Assembly (NCBI GenBank): GCA_944336975.1
Contig: CALVLH010000006.1
Location: forward strand, 6,634-70,633
Reading direction: 5' to 3'
DNA: 64,000 bases
DNA from: an uncultured Clostridia bacterium
GTDB lineage: Bacteria; Bacillota; Clostridia; Christensenellales; Borkfalkiaceae
Below the pieces are notes generated by a model. The model worked only from the letters and a program-made list of their open reading frames with translations, did not search any database and was not told the origin of the DNA. Below, piece by piece: positions 9,448 through 18,121 of the stretch. The position numbers and the translations under genes were made by a program. Position 1 is the first letter of the stretch. The number at the start of each line of letters is the position of its first letter.

Positions 9448-10803
9448 ATGAGAAACTTATTGCCCGAAAATTTACTGAAATTGGCAGGCGTATGTCAGTT
9501 TTCTTTGTATATCATCGGGGGGAGCGTGCGCGATCACCTGTGCGGCTTCCCCATGCGGGAGACCGACCTGGACCTGTGCGCCGCCGCGGCGGAAGAGGAA
9601 CTGCTCGCCGCCGCCGCGCAATGCGGATTCCGCGTGCGCGCCGTCTATAAGAACACGGGCACGGTCAAGCTCGAGGACGCGGACGGCGTGGGCTACGAAT
9701 ATACCCGTTTCCGCTCGGATAAGTATGTGAGAGGCGTACATGCCCCCTCCGAGATCACCTTTACCTCGGACATGGGTATCGACGCGCGCCGCCGCGATTT
9801 CACCTGCAACGCGGTCTATTACGACATCGCGCGGGATGCGTTCTGCGATCCGCTCGGAGGCATGGCGGACATCGAAAAAAGGCGCCTTCGCACGGTCGCG
9901 CCCGCGAAAAAGGTGTTCGGCGAAGACGGGCTTCGGCTCATGCGGCTTTGCCGACTCGCGGCTCAGCTCGGCTTCTCCCCCGACGAAGAATGCCTCGAAG
10001 GGGCGCGCGAACACGCCGATCTCATCCGCGACATCGCGCCCGAACGCATCTTTCAGGAACTTACGCAACTTCTCCTCGCGGATACCAAGCACGCCATGAA
10101 AGACGCGCCCTACCGCGGGCTTTGCCTGATGCGGGAGACAGGCGTCCTTTCGCGCGTGTTGCCCGAACTCGCGCTCGGCGACGGCATGAAACAGCGCGCG
10201 GATTTTCACGATCACGACGTTCTGGAACACTCTTTCCGCTGCGTGCGCTACGCCCCGCCCGAGATCCGTTACGCCGCCCTTCTGCACGACGTAGGCAAGC
10301 CTTTCTGCATGCTCCGCGACGACAATTATCACGCCCATGCGGAAGAGGGAGAACGCCTGACGAAGGAGATCCTCCGCCGCCTCAAGGCGCCCAAAAAACT
10401 GACCGAAGAGACGGCACGGTTGGTCTCCCTGCACATGCGCGACCTCGACGGAAAGATGAAAGAGAGCAAGATCCGAAGGGAGATCGTGCGCGACTACGAC
10501 ATCCTGCCCCGCCTTTTCGCCCTGCGGCAGGCGGACTTTTCCGCATGCAAGGACGATCTCTCCCCCGCTCCTTCCGTCGTGAAATGGCAGGCGATCCTGC
10601 AAAAAATGATCGAGGAAGGCGTGCCTTTCGCCCTTTCCGAACTTGCGGTCAACGGACGGGAATTGCAGGCGGCAGGCGTGCCCGTGCGCAAGACTTCCGC
10701 CGCGCTTTCCGATCTTTTGCGCTATACCGCGGGAAACGGCGAGCGCAACCGCAAAGAAGAACTCATCGCACGCGCCGTATCCCTGTTCAAGGAGGAACCA
10801 TGA
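9448..10803 (+). CDS. cca: CCA-adding tRNA nucleotidyltransferase (PolyA-pol head + HD domain)
   Basis: 451 aa. YIIGGSVRDHL, RRDFTCNA, HDVLEHS, LLHDVGKP. Confidence 0.85.
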   Translation: MRNLLPENLLKLAGVCQFSLYIIGGSVRDHLCGFPMRETDLDLCAAAAEEELLAAAAQCGFRVRAVYKNTGTVKLEDADGVGYEYTRFRSDKYVRGVHAPSEITFTSDMGIDARRRDFTCNAVYYDIARDAFCDPLGGMADIEKRRLRTVAPAKKVFGEDGLRLMRLCRLAAQLGFSPDEECLEGAREHADLIRDIAPERIFQELTQLLLADTKHAMKDAPYRGLCLMRETGVLSRVLPELALGDGMKQRADFHDHDVLEHSFRCVRYAPPEIRYAALLHDVGKPFCMLRDDNYHAHAEEGERLTKEILRRLKAPKKLTEETARLVSLHMRDLDGKMKESKIRREIVRDYDILPRLFALRQADFSACKDDLSPAPSVVKWQAILQKMIEEGVPFALSELAVNGRELQAAGVPVRKTSAALSDLLRYTAGNGERNRKEELIARAVSLFKEEP

Positions 10804-11987
10804 CAGAACAGACTTTGCTCGTTATCCTTTGCATCCTCGCGGCAGTTTGTCTGCTGCTGCTCGTCGTCCTGCTCCTGCGCAAACCCGCGCAGAGCGCGGC
10901 GACCGACCTTACGCGCCTGGAAGAGGGATTGCGCCGCCTGGAAGAAAAGACGGACGCGATCGGCTCGATGTCGGACTTCAACGCGCGCGCGATGGAGAAC
11001 CTGAGCCGCGCCACGGAAAACAGACTCAACAACATCCAATCCCGCCTTGCGGAGGACTTCAAGTACATCGTGGACGCCAACGCCCATAACCTCGAACGCA
11101 TCCGCCGCACGGTGGACGACAAGCTCTCCGCTTCCCTCGACGGGAAACTGACGGAAAGCTATCGCCAGATCTCCGAACGACTGGAAAAGATGTATCGGAG
11201 CGTTGGCGAAATGAAAGGACTTGCCGACAACGTCGCGGACATCCGCCGCGTGTTCACCAACGTGAAACTGCGCGGAACGTGGGGAGAGACGCAGCTCGAC
11301 GCCCTGCTGGGACAGATGCTCGCGCCCAATCAGTACCGCGCGAGCGTAAAGCTCAATCCGCTGGACAATTCGCTCGTCGATTTTGCTATCTTCCTGCCCG
11401 CAAAAGACGGGGAGACCGTCTGCCTTCCCGTGGACAGCAAATTCCCCGTGGAGGAATATCAGCGCCTGGTCGAAGCGGGCGAACGCGGGGACAAGGAGGC
11501 GGAAGAGCGCGCGAGAAAAAATCTCGAACGCGCCGTAAAAGTACAGGCGGACTCCATCGCCAAAAAATATATCCTGCCGCCCGTGACGACCGACTTTGCG
11601 GTGATGTATCTGCCCATGGAAGCGCTGTACGCGGAAGTGCTGAAAATGCCGGGGCTTTCCGACTTCTTGCAGATGCGGAGAGTGATGGTGTGCGGCCCCA
11701 CCAATTTCGGCGCCCTTCTCTCCACGCTGCAGATCGGCTTCAAGACGGCGGCGATCGAACGAAGATCGGGCGAACTGAGGACGATGCTCACCTCTTTCCG
11801 CGCGGAATTCATCAAATTTTCGGAATTGTTGGAAAAGACAAGTAAAAAATTGCAGGAAGCGCAAGATACCATTGAAAGCGCGAGCAAAAAGACGCATACG
11901 ATCGGGAGGAAGCTGGACTCTTTCCGCGATCCGGATACTCCCGCGCAACTTCCGCCCGACGGAGAAGATGACGAGGGAAACGCTTGA
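10800..11987 (+). CDS. rmuC: DNA recombination protein RmuC
   Basis: 395 aa. N-terminal TM helix, coiled-coil region, RmuC nuclease-like core (VDFAIFLPAKDGETVCLPVDSKFPVEEYQRL, VMYLPMEALY). The ATG overlaps the cca stop (ATGA). The ORF-track extension back to 9948 is out of frame inside cca. Confidence 0.85.
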   Translation: MTEQTLLVILCILAAVCLLLLVVLLLRKPAQSAATDLTRLEEGLRRLEEKTDAIGSMSDFNARAMENLSRATENRLNNIQSRLAEDFKYIVDANAHNLERIRRTVDDKLSASLDGKLTESYRQISERLEKMYRSVGEMKGLADNVADIRRVFTNVKLRGTWGETQLDALLGQMLAPNQYRASVKLNPLDNSLVDFAIFLPAKDGETVCLPVDSKFPVEEYQRLVEAGERGDKEAEERARKNLERAVKVQADSIAKKYILPPVTTDFAVMYLPMEALYAEVLKMPGLSDFLQMRRVMVCGPTNFGALLSTLQIGFKTAAIERRSGELRTMLTSFRAEFIKFSELLEKTSKKLQEAQDTIESASKKTHTIGRKLDSFRDPDTPAQLPPDGEDDEGNA

Positions 11988-12018
11988 TTTTTTTTTGGGA
12001 TTATAATATAATGGAAAT

Positions 12019-12339
12019 ATGAAACGCATGAGCAAAATTACCGATCCCGAGATCCTTGCCTTGTTCTGCCGTTCCCCCGAAACGCTCGGCGAGCCCGTTT
12101 GCGTACAGGGCGGCAAAAAACGCGCGAAAGACGGCGTTTTATACGTCGAGAGCGGCGGGAGATACAAGCTGTTCACCGAAGGCGTCGATTATGTGAAGAT
12201 CCTTTCCCTGCAAGGGAAGGGATTTATCAAATGGGCGCGCGGAGAACTTCCCCTTTCCGAAGGGGACGTCGTCGCCGCGGAACAGCCGGGCGAATACGAG
12301 ATCAACGGAAAATGCGCCTTTATGGCGATCCGAAAATGA
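12019..12339 (+). CDS. hypothetical small protein (106 aa)
   Basis: Intact ORF with coding-like GC3-rich codon usage, 13 nt upstream of the repeat-protein gene. No motif recognised and the RBS is weak. Confidence 0.45.
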   Translation: MKRMSKITDPEILALFCRSPETLGEPVCVQGGKKRAKDGVLYVESGGRYKLFTEGVDYVKILSLQGKGFIKWARGELPLSEGDVVAAEQPGEYEINGKCAFMAIRK

Positions 12340-12352
12340 GGGGAGCGACGCT

Positions 12353-15300
12353 ATGAAAAAGAAGAAAAATCATCCCGAACAACCGGCAGAAGAAACGACG
12401 GAGAAACTCACCGCGCGGGAAAAGAAGGAGCGCAGAAAACAGCGCGAACAGGAACAGCGCGAGCTGGAAAAACGGCTCATCGCGGAAGGGCGGATCCCCG
12501 TCCGCACCAAATACCGCCCGCGCAGTTTTGTGTGGAACGTCTTTGCCGTGTGCATGGCGTTCATCTTCGGCATCGTCTTTACCATCGGCGCATTCATCGG
12601 CGGCGGTTATTTCGTCACGAGCAAATATTCGCTCAAAGACGTGCTCACCGCGATCAACGTCGATTATTCGCAGTATATCACCGAGGAATACGCGCAGAAG
12701 ACGCTGCTCGAGCTCTTCCAGGACGTGCGCTCCACGGAATTCACCAATCTCAATTCCATCGCAAAATACACCCCCTTCCTGCGCACGCAGCTTGACGCCG
12801 TCAACGAGCAGCTCGCCTCCCTCGGCGTCATCGTCGACGTGGATACGCTCATGCAGACCAATTTCGGCGACATCGGCACCTATTTCCAGGAAGAGGTCAT
12901 CGCCAATATCCAGCTCGGCGGCGTGCTCGGCGTGAAGCCCGACTCCTCGCCCCTCATGATCAACCTCTGCTACGGCAAAGAGGGCGTAGACTATACCGTC
13001 TCGGACGGGAAATTCGTACAGATAGAGGGCGGAAAGACGCCCACCACCATCCACGACCTCACCGAGGACGCGGAGGGCGTGCTCAACGGCATCGAACTCG
13101 CGACCGCGCTCAGCGTGACGCCCGAATCTTCCGATCTCGTCATTTCGCTCTGCTACGGCACGGAAGGCGTGGACTATGAGATCCGAGACGGGAAATTCGT
13201 CCTGCTCGAAGGCGGAAAGGCGCCCACCACGATCAGCGACCTCACGCAGAACTCGACGGAGATCGTCAACGCCATCCGTCTCGGCGACGTGCTCGGCGTG
13301 ACGCCCGAATCCTCCCCTCTCATGATCGCGCTCTGCTACGGCAAAGAGAACGCGGACTATACCGTCTCGGACGGGAAATTCGTACAGGTGGAAGGCGGAA
13401 AAGCGCCCACCACCATTCAGAACCTCACCGAGGACGCGGAAGGCGTGCTCAACGGCATCGAACTTGCGACCGCACTCAGCGTGACGCCGGAGTCTTCCGA
13501 ACTCATCATCTCCATCTGCTACGGCACGGAAGGCGTGGACTACGAGATCGTGGACGGGGAATTCGTCACCCTCGAAGGCGGAAAGGCTCCCGCCACGCTC
13601 AAAGACCTGACGGACAATTCCAACGAGATCATCAACGGCATCGAACTCGGCGCAGCGCTCGGCGTAACGCCCGAATCGGACGCGCTCACCATCTCTATTT
13701 GCTACGGCAAAGAGGGCGTGGACTACGAGATCGTGGACGGAAAATTCGTCCCGATCGAGGGCGGCAACGCGCCAAACACCATCGGCGACCTCTCCGAAAA
13801 CGCGACGGGCATCATCAACGGCATTGAACTCGGCACGGCGATGAGCGTGACCGCCGAATCGGACGCGGCGATCCGCTATCTCGCTTACGGCTCCGAAGGC
13901 ATCGATTACGAGATCGTGAACGGGGAGATCGTCATGCTCGGCGACAGCAAGCCCAACACCATCGGCGACCTCAATTCGGGAGAAAGCAGTCTCATCGAAG
14001 ACGCACGCATCTGCGATCTTCTGGATATGGAAACCGCGACCTCCGGCTTCCTGCTCGCCGTCAAGGACTGGACGATCGGCGATCTGAAACAGCAGAGCCG
14101 CATCGAACGGCTGAAGATCGGACAACTGTTCAACGTAGACGAGACTTCTTCCCTGCTCATGCAGGCGATCTCCGACTGGCGCGTCAAAGACCTCACCGAT
14201 CAGGCAAAGATCGACACGCTCACCATCGGCGACGTGCTCGCGGTGGACGAAACCTCCCCTCAGATCCTGCGCTCCGTCGCGGATACGCAGCTCGGCAAAT
14301 TCAGCGACAGGCTGGATACCCTTCGCCTTTCCGAGATCCTCCCCGAGGAAGAGCTCGCCGAAAACAAGATCCTCAAAAATCTCGCGGAAAGCACGCTCAA
14401 CACGCTCGCTTCCGATTTGCAGGCGCTCACCGTTCAGGATATGTTCGGCGACGACCTCTACCGCTATACGGAACATTATGTGGATGACGCGCGCCCCGTC
14501 GCCTATGAGGGAGAGGTGATCTCCCGCTCGTATATCGGCGAGACGCAGGTCGTTGCGGGATACTTCCTCATCGGCGCGGACGGCTATACCCTGCTCGCGG
14601 ACGAAGACGTCGTATATGACGCGGAGATCGCCATGGCAAACCGCGCGGAAGGCGCGGTATGGGCGACTCCTTACTACACGATGATCCGCCATACCGTCGC
14701 CCCTTCCTACACCTATTCCGTCGTCGATTACGAAAACGACGGCGCTCTCGTTCCCCTCGGCAAAGAGGTGCTCGAAGACGCGGACGGCGAGTACTATCTC
14801 GACGAAGAAAACGAAAAGGTCTATATTCTGGAAGACGGCGCAGGATACTACACGCTCCGCGGACGCGAGCGTACCGACCTCGAGCGCGTATACGCCTACT
14901 CGCTCGACGGCGTCGACGTGGACGAAAGCAAAGTGTTCTATGACGCGGAAGGCGGCGTTTATTACACGGAAGAACGCGCCGAGGCATTCCTCTTCTACTA
15001 TTCCCCCGCGGAATCGTCCTTCGACGAAAATACTCTCTACGAGGAAAGCGCGATCGAGACGAGATACGCGACGACGGACGGCGCGCCGCTGACGCGGTAC
15101 CTGACGGGCGTATGGCACATGATGCTCACCGATCCCGACACGGGCGAAGAGATGTTCACCCCCGTTCTGGAAATGACCGATCTCATGGACACGATGACCG
15201 TCAACATCAACCGCGCGACGCTGCTCGACCTTTACGTCTATGAGATCCTCTCTTCCGAACCGGACGTGGAGATCCCCGATTCCATCAAATACGATCCCGA

Positions 15301-15400
15301 CGGCGGTACGAATTACGTGACCAATCTCAACGAGCTGACCGTTTCGGAAACCATAAATTTCGTAACATACCTGGTCGAACGCATCGAGATGTTCGGCTGA
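12353..15400 (+). CDS. membrane-anchored tandem-repeat protein (1015 aa), function unknown
   Basis: SD GAGGGGAG upstream. Lys/Arg/Glu-rich N-terminus, one TM helix (FVWNVFAVCMAFIFGIVFTIGAFIGGGYFV). Six 61-aa repeats follow (LGxVLGVTPESSxLxIxLCYGxEGVDYxIxDGKFVxxEGGKAPTTIxDLT...), then shorter degenerate repeats and an acidic Tyr/Asp/Glu-rich C-terminal region. Confidence 0.8.
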   Translation: MKKKKNHPEQPAEETTEKLTAREKKERRKQREQEQRELEKRLIAEGRIPVRTKYRPRSFVWNVFAVCMAFIFGIVFTIGAFIGGGYFVTSKYSLKDVLTAINVDYSQYITEEYAQKTLLELFQDVRSTEFTNLNSIAKYTPFLRTQLDAVNEQLASLGVIVDVDTLMQTNFGDIGTYFQEEVIANIQLGGVLGVKPDSSPLMINLCYGKEGVDYTVSDGKFVQIEGGKTPTTIHDLTEDAEGVLNGIELATALSVTPESSDLVISLCYGTEGVDYEIRDGKFVLLEGGKAPTTISDLTQNSTEIVNAIRLGDVLGVTPESSPLMIALCYGKENADYTVSDGKFVQVEGGKAPTTIQNLTEDAEGVLNGIELATALSVTPESSELIISICYGTEGVDYEIVDGEFVTLEGGKAPATLKDLTDNSNEIINGIELGAALGVTPESDALTISICYGKEGVDYEIVDGKFVPIEGGNAPNTIGDLSENATGIINGIELGTAMSVTAESDAAIRYLAYGSEGIDYEIVNGEIVMLGDSKPNTIGDLNSGESSLIEDARICDLLDMETATSGFLLAVKDWTIGDLKQQSRIERLKIGQLFNVDETSSLLMQAISDWRVKDLTDQAKIDTLTIGDVLAVDETSPQILRSVADTQLGKFSDRLDTLRLSEILPEEELAENKILKNLAESTLNTLASDLQALTVQDMFGDDLYRYTEHYVDDARPVAYEGEVISRSYIGETQVVAGYFLIGADGYTLLADEDVVYDAEIAMANRAEGAVWATPYYTMIRHTVAPSYTYSVVDYENDGALVPLGKEVLEDADGEYYLDEENEKVYILEDGAGYYTLRGRERTDLERVYAYSLDGVDVDESKVFYDAEGGVYYTEERAEAFLFYYSPAESSFDENTLYEESAIETRYATTDGAPLTRYLTGVWHMMLTDPDTGEEMFTPVLEMTDLMDTMTVNINRATLLDLYVYEILSSEPDVEIPDSIKYDPDGGTNYVTNLNELTVSETINFVTYLVERIEMFG
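12914..14011 (+). repeat. six in-phase 183-bp tandem coding repeats (61 aa each) with A/B alternation
   Basis: The first Leu codon of each unit falls at 12914, 13097, 13280, 13463, 13646 and 13829, an exact 183-nt period. Units 1/3 and 2/4 resemble each other most, giving a 366-bp super-period. Unit 6 is degenerate. Confidence 0.95.
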
Positions 15401-15401
15401 C

Positions 15402-15430
15402 AAAAAAGCGGATTTTCTCCGCTTTTTTCT
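15402..15430 (+). terminator. rho-independent terminator after the repeat-protein gene
   Basis: AAAAAAGCGGA-ttttc-TCCGCTTTTTT directly after the stop at 15400. Confidence 0.7.
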
Positions 15431-15450
15431 CTTTTGCGGGGAGAAAGTCG

Positions 15451-15479
15451 TTGACTTGTCCGCGCAAATATAGTATAAT
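15451..15479 (+). promoter_or_regulatory. sigma-A promoter candidate for rpsF-ssb-rpsR
   Basis: TTGACT (15451-15456), 17-nt spacer, TATAAT (15474-15479). Confidence 0.6.
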
Positions 15480-15561
15480 GGCAAAGCGACGGAAAAATCC
15501 GCCGCTTTATTACCTTGCATACCGAGAAGGTATGCCGAACAGACCGGGAGGTGAAATTATT

Positions 15562-15846
15562 ATGGCAAAGTATGAAATGCTCTATTTGCTCAACAGCGAG
15601 ATGAGCGAAGAGGCGAGAGAAGCGGAAATCAAAAAGTACGCGGATATCGTCACGTCCATGGGCGGCGCCGTTGAGGCGATCGACAAGTGGGGCGTCAAGA
15701 AGACGGCTTACCCCATCCGCTTCAAGACGGACGCTTTCTTCGTTCTGATGACGTTCTCCGCTGAGGGCGCCGTCGTTGCGGAACTTGACCGCGTGGCGGG
15801 AATTTCGGGCGACGTATTGAGACGCATGATAACCAAGATTGCGTAA
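15562..15846 (+). CDS. rpsF: 30S ribosomal protein S6
   Basis: 94 aa, MAKYEMLYLLNSEM... Typical S6. SD GGAGGTGA lies upstream. The ORF-track start at 15451 is upstream of the promoter -10 and was rejected. Confidence 0.95.
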   Translation: MAKYEMLYLLNSEMSEEAREAEIKKYADIVTSMGGAVEAIDKWGVKKTAYPIRFKTDAFFVLMTFSAEGAVVAELDRVAGISGDVLRRMITKIA

Positions 15847-15858
15847 AGCGAGGCAAAC

Positions 15859-16284
15859 ATGAACAAGGTGTTTTTGATCGGAAATCTGACGCGGGATCCC
15901 GAGATCTCGGAAACGTCCGGCGGAGTCAGCGTCTGCCACTTCTCCATCGCCGTGAACAGGAACTATTCCTCTTCCGACGGGGAACGCCAGACCGACTTCT
16001 TCAACGTGACCGCTTGGCGCGGTCTTGCGGATACCATCGCGCGCTTTACGAAAAAGGGACATAAGGTCGCAGTGGTCGGCAGCATTCAGATGAGAACGTA
16101 CGAGGGGAACGACGGCGTCAAACGTACCGCCGTGGACGTCATCGCGCAGGACATCGAATTCCTGACCGCAAAGAATTCGTCTTCCGACGAAGGATTTTAC
16201 GACGCGCCGCAGGCGCAGAGTGCGCCCGCGAAGAAAAAGCCCACCTTGCAGTCGTTTGACGACGACGGAGACATCCCCTTCTGA
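15859..16284 (+). CDS. ssb: single-stranded DNA-binding protein
   Basis: 141 aa. MNKVFLIGNLTRDPE OB-fold N-terminus and acidic C-terminal tip DDDGDIPF. Confidence 0.95.
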   Translation: MNKVFLIGNLTRDPEISETSGGVSVCHFSIAVNRNYSSSDGERQTDFFNVTAWRGLADTIARFTKKGHKVAVVGSIQMRTYEGNDGVKRTAVDVIAQDIEFLTAKNSSSDEGFYDAPQAQSAPAKKKPTLQSFDDDGDIPF

Positions 16285-16309
16285 TAAGGGCAAATAAGGA
16301 GTATTGATC

Positions 16310-16561
16310 ATGGAAGAAAAAGAAAAACCCGTAAAAAAGAATTACAAAAAGCAGCCTCATAAGAAGGTCTGCGCGTTCTGCCAGGAAAAGGTCGAGGTCA
16401 TCGACTATAAAGACGTCGCACGCCTGAAAAAATTCATCACCGAGGGAGGAAAGATCCTTCCCCGCAGAATGAGCGGCGTGTGCGCAAAGCACCAGAGAGA
16501 GCTTGCGACGGCGATCAAGCGCGCAAGAGTTGCGGCGCTTCTTCCCTTCAAGGCAGAGTAA
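16310..16561 (+). CDS. rpsR: 30S ribosomal protein S18
   Basis: [53 protein letters not shown]. The ATG at 16310 lies 7 nt after AAGGAG (ORF track starts at the TTG at 16304). Confidence 0.95.
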   Translation: MEEKEKPVKKNYKKQPHKKVCAFCQEKVEVIDYKDVARLKKFITEGGKILPRRMSGVCAKHQRELATAIKRARVAALLPFKAE

Positions 16562-16572
16562 CACACGACATA

Positions 16573-16606
16573 AAAAACGGTTTCCTTCGGGAAACCGTTT
16601 TTTATA
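16573..16606 (+). terminator. rho-independent terminator of rpsF-ssb-rpsR
   Basis: AAAAACGGTTTCC-ttcg-GGAAACCGTTTTT followed by TAT. Confidence 0.8.
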
Positions 16607-16736
16607 TTCCGGATCTTCCGCGGCGATCCTTGCCGCATTCTGCCGAACGGGAGACCGACGCCCTCTTCGCTCCCCTTTCCGCTCATTTCTCCCGCGATAA
16701 CGCGCCGCCGACGGTCAGAGGTTCAGACAAAAATGA

Positions 16737-16777
16737 AGCGCCCGCCGCAGAGAACTGCGGCGGGCGCACTTCCGTTC
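16737..16777 (-). terminator. rho-independent terminator after lysC
   Basis: 13-bp stem GCGCCCGCCGCAG-agaa-CTGCGGCGGGCGC (16748-16777). On the minus strand it is followed by TTCATTTTT. Confidence 0.7.
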
Positions 16778-16780
16778 GGA

Positions 16781-18121
16781 TCAAAGCCCGAACGTCGCTT
16801 CGCTTTTCTTGAAAAACTCCTCGTAGATCGCGCGGATGGCGCGTTCGCAGTTATCGTTGTCCACGCCGACGATGATGTTCAGCTCGGAAGAGCCCTGATC
16901 GATCATCCGCACGTTGATGCCCGCGCGCGCGATCGCGTCGAACAATTTCGCGCTCGTACCGACGTTCTTGCTCATGCCGTGCCCCACGGTCGCAATCAGC
17001 GCGATGTCGTCGAAGACGCGCAAATTGTCGGGATTGACCGCCTTGCGAATATCTTCGAGCAGTTCTTCCAAAATGCCGTGTTTGAGCGACTCGCTGTCGA
17101 TGACGAAAGACATCGTATCGATCCCCGATGGCATATGCTCGAAGGAGACGCCGTGCTTTTCCATGGCGGAAAGCACCTTGCGCGCGAAGCCGATCTCGGC
17201 GTTCATGAGCGACTTTTCGATGAAGATGACGGCAAAATTCTTCTTGCCCGCGATCCCGGTCACGATCCTGCCGCTGTATGTATACTTGCTGATGGGCAAG
17301 ATCATCGTGCCTTCGTCCGTCGGACGGAAGGTATTCTTGATCTGAATGGGGATATTCGCCGCGCGCACGGGGAAAATGGACTCGCTGTGCAGCACGTTCG
17401 CCCCCATATAGGAAAGCTCGCGCAGTTCCTTATACGACATCGCGCGGATGCCGACGGGATTTTCCACGATCCTCGGATCACAGGCGAGGAACCCGCTCAC
17501 GTCCGTCCAGTTTTCATAGAGGTCCGCCATCGCCGCACGCGCCACGATCGCGCCGGAAATATCGCTCCCGCCGCGGGAAAACGTCTTGATCCTGCCATCC
17601 GCGCCTTCGCCGTAGAAGCCGGACACGACGGCATACTTCTTCCCTTTGAGCGCCTGCGCCGTCAGATCGAAGGTCAGTTCGCTGTCCAACTGCCCGTCGG
17701 CGCGGAACTTGACCACGTCGCGCGCGTCGATGAACTCAAAGCCCAGAAGCGCCGCCATCACGCGGGCGGAAAGATATTCCCCGCGGGAAGCGGTAAAATC
17801 CGCGCTGCGTTCCCGCTCGATGGCGCGGCGGGTATCGTCGAGAACATCCTCGATCGCCATTTTCAACCCGAGTTCCGCGACGATGCCGCGGAAACGGTCG
17901 GCGATCTTCGCAAACGCGTCCCCGCAGGATCCCGTCTCCTTCACGCTCTCGTAGCAGGCGTAAAGCAAATCGGTGATCTTGACGTCACCGCCGAAGCGCT
18001 TTCCGGGCGCGGATACGACGACGTATCTGCGCGAATCGTCGCTCTTGATGATAGACGCGACGCGCTTCATCATATTTCCGTCCGCCATCGACGTGCCGCC
18101 GAATTTGCAAACTTTAATCAT
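16781..18121 (-). CDS. lysC: aspartate kinase
   Basis: 446 aa. MIKVCKFGGTSMAD, VVVSAPG, C-terminal ACT repeats (IALIATVGHGM..., INVRMIDQGSSELNIIVGV). The ATG at 18121 overlaps the upstream gene by 8 nt. The ORF-track extension to 18220 was rejected. Confidence 0.93.
   Translation of the reverse strand: MIKVCKFGGTSMADGNMMKRVASIIKSDDSRRYVVVSAPGKRFGGDVKITDLLYACYESVKETGSCGDAFAKIADRFRGIVAELGLKMAIEDVLDDTRRAIERERSADFTASRGEYLSARVMAALLGFEFIDARDVVKFRADGQLDSELTFDLTAQALKGKKYAVVSGFYGEGADGRIKTFSRGGSDISGAIVARAAMADLYENWTDVSGFLACDPRIVENPVGIRAMSYKELRELSYMGANVLHSESIFPVRAANIPIQIKNTFRPTDEGTMILPISKYTYSGRIVTGIAGKKNFAVIFIEKSLMNAEIGFARKVLSAMEKHGVSFEHMPSGIDTMSFVIDSESLKHGILEELLEDIRKAVNPDNLRVFDDIALIATVGHGMSKNVGTSAKLFDAIARAGINVRMIDQGSSELNIIVGVDNDNCERAIRAIYEEFFKKSEATFGL

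Noticed and set aside
12914-14011. Regular 183-bp repeats considered as a possible CRISPR-like or satellite array
   Set aside because: The units are contiguous with no spacers, stay in one reading frame inside a long ORF, and encode a conserved 61-aa module. They are coding tandem repeats.
16607-16736. 130-nt region between the rpsR and lysC terminators, checked for tRNA or sRNA
   Set aside because: No tRNA-like T-arm or anticodon-arm pattern, no promoter and no stable hairpin. It is treated as a plain convergent intergenic spacer.
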